A DNA stretch of 64,000 bases. Source: Zygnema circumcarinatum SAG 698-1b. Taxonomy: Eukaryota; Plantae; Zygnematophyceae. The position numbers and the translations under genes are program-made. Under the pieces are notes generated by a model. The model did not search any database and was not told the DNA's origin. It saw nothing but the letters and a program-made list of their open reading frames with translations. The stretch lies in NCBI GenBank assembly GCA_037447605.1, contig CM074805.1:1149361-1213360 (forward strand), read 5' to 3'. Of this stretch, positions 13,201 to 23,353 are shown one piece after another; position 1 is the stretch's first letter, and each line of letters starts with the position of its first letter.

Positions 13201-14845
13201 CAGGTTGAACGGAAGCAGAAACAATGAGCATGGCAAACTGACAACAGTTGCACCATTTTTCTTGAGGAGTAAAACATGAAATTCACTCAAATTATGTCCG
13301 TTTAGGATAAAAAAACAAAACGGCAGATAACCTCGGCTCCGTGGAAAGGTAATTCCAAGTGGACCAGGAGCCGAGGTTATCTGTTGTCTGACCTTCGGTT
13401 AGACTGACTTAATTTGACTGAATTGCATGATTTAAACCGTCAGTTACAAAGCCAAATGAAAAAAGGTGATTCATGCCGTACATGATACCTTTGCTTGGTC
13501 TATTTCACTCCTGGCACTGCCATAACCACCTGTAACGACTTGCACATTTAGGCTCGTAGAGAGCGCAAGCTTTAAAGGAAATGACGATTTACCTGATCCG
13601 ATCCAAAAAAGGAAACAGAAAGTCGCCAAACGTCCCACCGAATATTGTATTCTCGTGCTGCAAGCTGACGATATCATAATGCTTGTTCACGTAGTCTGCT
13701 GCATCCAAATAATCTTGCAGGACCTCCTTCCGAATCTCAAACTCTACTTCTGGAGGAGGCCTGCATTGCAATCTCAAGTTGTTGAATCAAAACCATGGTT
13801 GCTCTTCCTGTGAGTGTGATCAAGACAGCCTCAGTTCTGTGCCTTAGAATGGTAAAAAAATAGAATGGTTGTTAACAAGCACTCTCAACTACAAATTGGC
13901 GGTTTCTCAATTCTCACAACACACTGTAGCAACGAAGAACGATATTGGGGGTGGCGCCGAGAGTCGTAAAGGGCTCCACCATGATGACGCAAGATTTTCG
14001 AGTCATACATTTGTGGCGATAGGCGGCCTTCGAAACGGCTGGAACTCTTGCTTTACTACGTGACTAAACATCAATACTGATGCCAAATAAGCGACCTCAG
14101 CTATTGTGGCTGTGGTAGTGAGATTATCGCACCTCTTCAAATTTTTGCCTTGACGCAAAGCGATAAGACCAAGCTCCATGGGGCATGCCTCTGATGAAAG
14201 TCCTTCGCCACAACCTTGTAAACGCTGCTTGACGTTCAAAACAGTAGCATTGGTTAAGAAGGACCATGGGTATGTGCCATTCCTTATCGAGCTGACTTTA
14301 TCAATCCTAAGGCATTCTAAAAAGCAATGCCGTTCTTGTCAAACCGTGCGTCCACAAGCTGGTATCCGATAGCTGCATTTCATCGGAAGTCAGAAACTAA
14401 ATGCCATTAATGCAACATTACAGCAGGCTGTGCAAGCAGACCAGAACCCTCAGGCGCTTTATATGTGCCTCATTCCCTGCTTCTGTTTCTGTCTCACCTG
14501 CACTCCGAGATGGAAAAATCCAGCAGACCATTCTCCCACGGCATGAAGCTCGGGTAGATACGGTGAAACAAGAGCCACCCTCAAAGTGAGAGGAGCCAGC
14601 ACTTCCAGGCTCCCAGTCGAGCCTGCATTTTGCGAAGCAAGCTGATCTGGAGCTCGTATGCGGGAGCGCACCAAAATCACGCACAGAAAACCCGCGCAGA
14701 GCAAGATGAAGTTCCGCCATTGCCGGCTCCGCTGTGCTGTCGAGCGCCGCTGTTGGCGGAGGGAGTACATGAGCGAGCGCCGAGGGAGGAGCCGCGCAAG
14801 CGCGCGCCAGGCCGCCCCCAGAGAGCCGAGCGCCCACGGGCCCAT
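7284..14845 (-). CDS. Type II membrane-anchored GT4 glycosyltransferase (bacterial mannosyltransferase-like subfamily) fused to an unidentified C-terminal region
   Basis: Exon 1 (14845-14498) has a basic N-tail, a TM segment FILLCAGFLCVILV, then RVALVSPYLP. Later exons give PPEVEFEIRKEVLQDYLDAADYVNKHYDIVSLQHENTIFGG, VPVQVCFHTL, HIPYG, VILSTGLISSDKGFEY, QQISSGIISMAMGFGKAVVAS and TVPFVG..ALTSTVLRLL..GNTWEE, all collinear with GT4. Further phase-compatible exons continue at about 10.4-10.0, 9.47-9.27, 9.13-8.8, 8.45-8.27, 7.83-7.75 and 7.5-7.28 kb. The 3' exon structure and stop are tentative. Confidence 0.75.
7887..7979. repeat. Compound pentanucleotide microsatellite (CAGAG)n/(ACACA)n, intronic
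   Basis: gagcagagcaaagagcagagaacagagcgcagagaagagagcagagcagagcagaacacaacacaacacaac is directly visible. Confidence 0.85.
13324..13383. repeat. Perfect 17-bp inverted repeat (hairpin) in a GT4 intron
   Basis: CAGATAACCTCGGCTCC (13324-13340) and GGAGCCGAGGTTATCTG (13367-13383) are exact reverse complements, with a 26-nt spacer. Confidence 0.95.
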
Positions 14846-16483
14846 GCCTGCCTCAGCTGCTCCCTCCTCCCCAGCTCCCGCTCCCGCTCCCTCTCCTCTC
14901 CCACTCCCGCTCCCTCTCCTCTCCCACTCCCGCTCTCTCCCTCTCTTTCTCTTCCTTCGGGAGGACCCTTCCTGTCTTGCTGCTGCAAGCCTTTTAAGGG
15001 ACAACGTACTGTACGGCAAAACGACACGAAGTGGACGACACGTGGACCTGCGTACGGATGAGTTCTGTACGGGTTATACTTTCATACGAACGGCGCACTG
15101 TCTGGTGCTTTACCCGTCTACTTGTTCAAACCGCAGCGGGGTATAACCGCAGCACCTTCTCATTCTAAGCATGACCTCTTATAGTATTAGAGTGTTCTTG
15201 CCAATAAGATTTTCTTTCGAGGCGGGGTGAACTCCATTGGTTTACTAATGATTTTGGCGAATCGTTCAAGAAGGTTCACCCACGAGTCACTGCGGGCGGG
15301 GGACCAGACGAAGACGGTGGGGCCCTGGGCTGGGCTGTGCTGGGCTGGAAAGAAGCGTGGACGGCAGCTTGCGGCGATGGGAGGAGCGAGCTGAGCTGAG
15401 CTGCCTGCAAGTGGAGGAGGCAGCGGGCGGGGCCTGACATGCTCTGTTTGTTGTGATGAAGTTGATGTGACCTAGACGTTGTGTCAAATGGGAAAAGGTG
15501 TCAGCTTGAGGGTGGATTATTCTGGAGGGGGTGGTTGCGATTATGGGGAAGACAAGTGCGTGAAGTGCTGAAGGAGAGTTTTAGAAATTGGGAGGGAAAG
15601 TGGAAGGGGGAATACGGAGGTGCACTGATATAGGGTTTTGGAAAGAAAGCAACACTTGCATAGTTGATATGTGAAATGTATCCTGTCTTCGATCGAACAT
15701 ATGTCTTGCATCCTTGCTGGCAAATTTGCAAAACACAGGAAAGTAAACTACTCTGCGATCTTTGCTTTATGCCCGAAACTATCGTCTTTGACTTCTCAAT
15801 TATGTGCTCAGGGCATGACAGCTTCCTTTTCTCTACGTGCCCATTTCAATCTTCGCCCTGCATGCTCACTATTTCATCGCTTTCTTGTTCTAGCCCACGT
15901 CAGTCAGAGAGAGATGCAGTGTAAACAGAGCAGCAAAGCTGTGGATGCACTAAAGTGCAGTGGCTCATGCTTTACGAGGGAGATATACCAGTGCTCTCCG
16001 TTTTGTTCTCATGGCGTACAACCGACCCGAACACAGGTCACAAAAGAGAATGAATACATAGCCTCATTCAAACTACACGGGTAAACGAGGAGCTGAAGTA
16101 CTGGAAAACTGTACTTGTTAAAAATATTATCCGCAAGTACACGAGGATACCTGAGCACATTTGTGCAAAAAAAAAAAAATCGGTCTTCACATTGTGCTGT
16201 ACACTGGCATCTGGCATCAGTCCCTACTAAAGTATTCTGCTAGCTACAGTTCCGTCTGGCACTACTCACGACTCCCGAAGTGTCTTCTGTGAGTTATAAC
16301 TGGCAATCCTACCTCCGCCTTCTTGCAAGATTGTCGCATGCTGATAACATACAATATTAAGTTCTAGATTTTGAAAGGTATCAGATAAGCAGTTTTCTAT
16401 AATGGCAGCCAGTTGAAGGACGTACCACGCATGTGTGAGAGAGTACGCTTTAACTTTCACAGTGCAGCTGAGCGATTTAGAAG

Positions 16484-19400
16484 TTAATTAGCCATGGAAG
16501 GCAGATCCTTCACCCAGGGGTCCAAAGGCTTGCCGATAGAGAAAACGATAAATCCAATTTCTCGCAGCTTCTCGACTGGGAGAAGGTTTCGGCCATCAAA
16601 AATGAAGGCAGGCTTCATCATGTTGTCATAAATTTTCTGCAGGGTAAAAAAGCATAGCATGCGTGAGACCTGGATGGAGGTAGAAATGTCAATGTTGTAT
16701 TTGCTTCAGGTCTAAGACCGGAGGAGGCCAAAAACAATTCCTTAGTGTGGCATTGGCACACTTTCACACACGAAGGCGTTAACTTGACCTTAGCCTACGT
16801 AACCTGTGTGTAACAATGGAAAGGCAGGCCTGGTCTGAGCATCCATATTAAACCAGACCGAGAAAACTGTGATCAAATTTTGGACAAAGGCTAAAAAAAT
16901 ACCTGGTAATCGAGTGTCTTAAACTCGCTCCATTCAGTAATAATGCAAATCCCCTGGGCATCTTTGCATGCCGCATAAGCGTCCCAGCACACCGTAACCT
17001 GCCCAACAGAACGAGCTGTTAGTGGAGAAATAGAAGAAAAAGTGCTTAGAAAAAAAAAAGGCCGTCAGAACATCTTGAAAGGGTGAAGGTGCCATCCATT
17101 TGAAAAAGCATTGCACCCTCTCATATATAGTCTATTTACGAATAGTGAAACAAATGACGATGGTCGTATTGGCTAGATCGAAATCAAAACTAAGCCAACT
17201 ACCAACAATTGTGATCGAAGCTCGAGCCTTCGATGCATCGATCCAACCTTTCCAGCATAAACTCACCTCTGAACTCTCCGCAAGCGAGATGTAAGTCTCT
17301 AAGTAAAAAATCAACCCTTAATGTTTTGCTACCTTCAACCATGTATCGCAGTAAAGAAAAACAAATGTTGACGGAAATCTACATTTACAGAACTTATCCT
17401 TACCGCGGCTGCCTTGCAAATAACTGTTCTCTACTAAGGAGGCACAAAACTCCCTCTGCCACATGATACGATTTAAACCAGCCAACCACACTATGCTAAT
17501 CCTTTCACATACCGATGGCGAAGGATTGTGAAATCATACCTTCTTGTGGGCTGTTGGGCTAACAGGCTGCAGATGTTGGGGATGGTCCCAGTCGAACTTG
17601 TTCATTGAAAGGTCGCGCCTAATCTGCTCCTCTGTCACTTGAGGATCATAGATGCTCAGGATGGCGCGATCACCCAGAAGGCCATGCGCAACATCAATAG
17701 CAGGTGTTTCACGGGTGTCTCCAGTGTCTTTCTTGAAGGCGAAACCAAGAAGTGCAATCTTCTTTCCAGACACGGTATTAAACATTGATGATACCACACG
17801 CTTGACAAAACGAGACTTCTGATACTCATTAATGGATACGACCTGCTTCCAGTAGTTAGCCACCTCCGGAAGGCCATTGCACTCGCAGATATAAACCAAG
17901 TTCAGGATATCCTGCAAGATGAAAAACAAAGAATTTGATAAGAAATCAAGCTGGCTTGAATGGAGTCCATAACCATCTAAACAAGATCAAGTCAGCCCAA
18001 GAGTCAGGGCGAAAACGCTAGCAGCAAATTCAGCGTTTCGTCAACTCATCGATTGGCTTTCAGGTAAGACAATCACCTTCTGGAAGCAGGAACCACCAAA
18101 ACCCACTGAGGCGTTCAAGAACTTGGGGCCTATTCTAGAGTCCTTGCCAATAGCATAAGCGACCTCTGAGACGTCAGCTCCGGTAGCCTCACAAAGAGCT
18201 GAGATCGAGTTAACAGAAGAAATACGCTGCGCCAAAACTGCATTCGCTGCAAGCTTTGACAGCTCGGCAGACCTGAGGATATCAGATGACAATGCGATAA
18301 CATGTCAGTACAAGCAGGTGATAGCACACTTCTCTATCAAAAAAAGAGACTAGAATAGAAACTCTAGACGATGAATTGCTGCGGATACAGGCTCTCACTC
18401 AACTCTCATTTTGCCGAAAAGATCTCAATTCTGCAAATTGAAGAAGGCGGGAATCTGAAAAGAAACATTCATGATTCTGGTTTCTGTCTTCCTGATTGTC
18501 TATCTGAGATTACTGCATTACTTAACGTAAACAGGTTAAACGGGTTATAGACACTCACCAGAGGTTAGTGCGAATAATGTTCTCGTCAGGGATCCAGTGA
18601 GCATAGACGGCAGCCAAAGTCTCCACAGCTTTCTTGCCCTCAGGTGTAGTGCGTCCACCTGTGGTATTGATCAGTGCATATGTTAGCATCATTCCGGTGA
18701 AATCTACGTTATTCACTGCTCAGAAGCAATCTGGCACCATGAACTGTGCAAGCTTACACCTCTCCACAACAGCGTATGAAAATCGAGAAAACGTACCAAT
18801 CAAGACGCGATCAGGCTTTTCCAAGTCTTCCATCGCAGTTCCCTCTGCCAAGAACTCGGGATTTGAAAGGATCTGCACAGAGTGGAGAAGACTGAATAGG
18901 TTACAAACAATCAAACATTAAGCCTAGATGAGCTATAAGGAATTAAAATGGAACTTGAAAGAAACGATTGGCTGACGAAAGCTAAAATTTCTTCATTAAT
19001 CAAGTTAATAACTTTACCGACACTTATCAGACACCATTTAGCAGAGGTTAGATTGTAAGAAGATCGAGTCAATCAGATTGAAGGAACAACCTGAAAGCTT
19101 ATTCCCTTGTTGTTGTGTGTGAGGATCTTTTCAATCGCTTCCGCTGTCTTCACAGGCACAGTGGACTTCTCAACCACAATCTTGTCAGATTTGCACACTT
19201 CACCAATCATACGGGCAGCGCTTTCCCAGTAAGTAAGGTCTGCCGCCTTCCCAGCACCAAGTCCACGAGTCTGCACCAAAAAAAAGCTTTACGTCAGCGA
19301 AGACCACGTACATTAAGTTATCCTGTACCCACCTTTAAAAATAGATCAACAACTTCAAAAGCACCTCTTCCATCGAAACGCCTGCATTCTTAAGTTTTGC

Positions 19401-20057
19401 CTCCCCCAGCAATTTACAGAAGGACGGAAACGCTTAGAGAGAATTCGTTAGCTAACAGTGACAATTAAGGTTGTGATCGTGATTACATCGTTTCTTTCAA
19501 GCATAGATCTTCACATAAATAGACTATCAGCAGCATTACCTTGGTGGGGGTATTGACAGAGACAAAGATGATATCCGCCTCAGCCACATACTTCTCAACC
19601 TCAGTCGAGAAGAAAAGATTGCGGCCACGAGCTTCCTTCACCACTTCGTCGAGACCAGGCTCGTAAATTGGCAGCTCGTCACTGTTAAAAGGGGAAAGCA
19701 TACATACAATTGTCACTAAATCTGCTAGATACAACGTCAGAGATCAAGCCAACTCTGTCATACAAATTATCTCCTCTAGATCCGTAAATCCCGATGTTTT
19801 TGAAGAGGGCAGACACATTGCAATACAAGAATGCCCAGACCTCCTGTTTATGATCTGTAACAGACCGATCTACTGTCTACATGCAGTTCCGGCTTTAAAA
19901 TTGTTAGTTATCTCCGAGATCCACACCTATTCCAGGCTGCAATGCGGGGCTTGCTGATATCCACCACCGTCACAATGATGTCAGGACACTTCTTGGCAAT
20001 CATAGCCATCGTGGGGCCTCCGACATAGCCGGCACCAATGCAGCAAATCTTCACCAT
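16484..20057 (-). CDS. UGD: UDP-glucose 6-dehydrogenase, 9 coding exons
   Basis: [94 protein letters not shown]. Exons 20057-19927, 19681-19540, 19270-19091, 18872-18797, 18658-18559, 18272-18077, 17911-17540, 16998-16903, 16636-16484, all GT-AG and in phase. Confidence 0.98.
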
Positions 20058-20200
20058 ATTGGCAGCAAGAATTGCAACCCTGCAGAGCAACAAGGCAGTA
20101 GCTGTTCCTCCTTACACTCAAAGAGCTGCTGCTGCACGAGCGAGCGAGCAAGTTCTGCTGAAACTGTCTGCACTGTAACCGTCAGATCTCCCTCCGCCAC

Positions 20201-20345
20201 TTTATAGAGCCGCCAGGGACGGTCCGTACCGTCCCGGCAGGCGGTGCCGCTGATTGGCCCGTAGTCGGCAGGTAGACGTGCGACAGATCGTCGCATGCGA
20301 ACTCTGCGACGCGTGCGATCTCAATTCGGGCTTCTGATTGGCCGA
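20201..20345 (-). promoter_or_regulatory. UGD core promoter: TATA-like CTATAAA plus CCAAT boxes
   Basis: CTATAAAG on the minus strand at 20207-20200, ~145 bp upstream of the ATG. TGATTGGCC (CCAAT on minus) at ~20251 and ~20335. CpG-rich context. Confidence 0.5.
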
Positions 20346-23300
20346 TCGGTCGGTCGCAGGACAGGAAAGCGTGGCGGGCGACGACTCCGTTTGACGCGGC
20401 CCGTAAGTCGGCAGGTCCCCTCGATTCCATTAAGCGGCGGTTTTTTTTTTCTGCCCGCCAACGGTTGGAAGGGTTGTTGGCAACCATGGAACGGCCCGAC
20501 GACGGGAATTAGTTTGAGCAATCACCGACTGGTTGGCAAAAATATAATGATTTGACTCCGTGCCAGTTTTAGCCAATGTTAGCTCTCCACGTCGGAAAAT
20601 ATGCGTACGTGGCATGCCTTGATTAGCCAATTTATAAATGTTTAGAATAGAGAAAGGTAATCCTCACTAGAAATCTACAATATCGAGATTCTCACGCGTA
20701 CAGCGAATACCCCCCTTTCTGTGTTCAATATTTGAACGGATTTCGAACTGGGGAGAATGTCGAGTGCATGTGTGCGCCTTTGCGCTTGAAGAAGAGCTAA
20801 CGGCCGCGGCCGGCGGGCGTGACGTGACGCTGTCCCTTCTGTGCGCGGCTCCTGGCCAACGGCCGGGCCCTCCGCTTCCAGGGCTCTGGGAGGGGGGGAG
20901 AGGGAGAGAGGCTGGTGTGCTTGGAAAGTGAGGGAGGGAGAGAGAGAGAGAGAGCGAGGGAGTATTGGAAGGAGGAGGATACAGCAGATGTCGTGGTCTG
21001 GTTTGCAATGTGTTTAGGTGAGAGGGATGGAGAGTCTTGGTAGCTGAAGCTAGAGTCGTCGGAAGCTGAGTGGGAGGAGCTTCTGCAGGTCAATTGAAAA
21101 CGTTTTTTTAATGGCAAAGTTGTGCGGTGTTCTAGGTCGCGACTTGTTTATTGCAGGTAGCTGATTGCTTGTATGACCTTTGCCTGTGACCGTTGAACTG
21201 ATTGCTGCGATTAAAGAAGGTTTCACACAATAATACACGTGTGCTTAATTTTTTTGAGCCAGGCTGAATGCACACAATAAATAGAGCATGCCAGACCCTT
21301 CGCCTTGGCTGCATAAATCACATGTGACCCTCTTCAATATGCGGTGCATCTACTTGATCCTTGGCGGCATCTACAAATGCGTCACCTAGTCTGAAATGTG
21401 GCAAAAATAGGCATTTTCGTGAATGTCAGTCTTCAGTTCCTGGCCGCTTCAGCTTTCTTTCCGATGGCATAAGCGCAGGGTGCAATTCAGTTCGCTAGTT
21501 GGACTGTAGTGGCTGATTGCCTGCCAGCTGAAAGTTCATGCTTTATAAAAAGATAATTTTATGGACACGCCAAATTGCTGAAGTCATCGTTCTGAACGAT
21601 ATGGGGATGGAGTTGATCAGATCGTTATCCAGAAACGAAGAAAGGACCGGTCAATGCCCTCTGGTTAACTGACTTCTTGTTCAACTGTTCATGTGTGACT
21701 CAACACTTCAACTCGGTGGACAATTTGACTGCGGATAAACTTTGCTTGTGGTTTCTAATGATGACTGACGCATTCCCAAAACGGAATTTATTTGAGTTTG
21801 TTGAAGTTATGTTCTTTAAGCGGACACGCTTTATAATTCCACGTGCTTTCCTTTTTTTCTGCATGAATTGCTCCATTTGCAAGTCTGAATTTGGACCAGT
21901 CGGGGGTGTTTGACCAGTCCGGGGTGTTTACTGACTATGAGTTACCTTCATTTATCCAAACGTATGGAGTAGCTCTGTGTCAAATGCTTTGCCCACCAGT
22001 TCCACTCGCTGTGAACGGTTTATTAAGTACTGCTTGGCTACATCAGGTAAAGAGTCTGCCAGGCCGTTGTTCAGCACACTTGAAGAAATATCATGGGTGT
22101 AGAAGGGGTGACAGATTCCCTTAAGTATGGCCATGGGCAGTAGCTCTTGCGTGGTTCGCACCGGGAGCCAAGGGGTAGCTGAGAGGACACTGTGCTTGTG
22201 GGGATTAATGTGACCCGGACCAGGATACTCATGTACACGCAAGGAATCGTCATTGAAAGAGGCTCTATCCCCTGGCGGAGAAACTCGTTCAATGAAGTGG
22301 GAAGCTTGCCAATAGTCGATATGCACGCTACAGTACGGGGGCTGTGTTGTACTGGAGTCTTATTAGTTCAGCCAAGGGACACCCCTGAGTGGTGAGACGA
22401 GGTCACGCCCTCTTGCTCTCAGAAGCTTCTTTCACTAAACTACTTTTTGCCTCATCCCGTAAAGTCAACAAATCGTCTCACGTCAATAAATGTGTAACGC
22501 GAGAGAGGAAGGGGAGGGGGAGGGGGAACTGGGGTAGGAAAGGGGGAGGAAGAGGATTTTTCATTTGCGTAGCTGTTCCGGGCACAGCGGTCGCAATGTG
22601 ACAACTCTCGAGTGTGGATGTCATGGTTCCAACTCCAGTTTGGGTTTCAATTGCCCAGAGCAGTCTATTCAGAAAGCATAAAAGTATGTTTCATCAAGTG
22701 GCTGACTTGCCTTTGGATATTAGGTTGGCAAAGTAAGCTGTAGGTCAGCGGGACTATCAGCAACACCCCGTCAGATTTGTTGATCTTCCTGCCATGGAAC
22801 CTTTAGGTTGAAAGACAGGCTTTTGCCAACTTCTTGCTGTGGGAGTCGTATATGAACGTTACGAGTGCAATGGAGGCACATAATGAGGCTGAAGAGTGGA
22901 AAAAGAACAGGTTGGGCCATAAACAGGTAGAACAGGAAAAATAAAACCAAAATAGAATTAAGAAACAACTGTTTGGACAGCTAACAAGATTACTTAAAAA
23001 AAGAACAGACTTGTGACATTTTTACACCCTCAGACTTTAGTCACTGCATGAGAAGAAGCTATTTCCCACAGACCGTATTTAAATCCAAGCACATCACTAT
23101 CCTCTTGGAATACAAGTTCCTCCTTCTCGACTGTGAAATACGGAACAGATACAAATCAAAAAATGGCTTCCCAGCTCCTGCGACTGATCGCGCTCAAAAG
23201 TGAAGGACAGATGTGCGGAAGAAAAAGGCAACCCCTAAAGGAAAGACACTCAGTGGGCCATTCGAGAAACAATCGCTATGCAAAAAACAGCTTGTACACA

Positions 23301-23353
23301 CAAATGGGCAGGTTTCGCAGGTGAACTGTGACAAGTATACAGGTTCAGTAAAG

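Noticed and set aside
22160-22250. TPP-riboswitch-like GGGAGCC..GCTGAGAG..GACCC
   Set aside because: The 3' half lacks the conserved ACCTGA..GG.TAAT.CC.GCG.AGGGA pattern, and no thiamine gene is adjacent.
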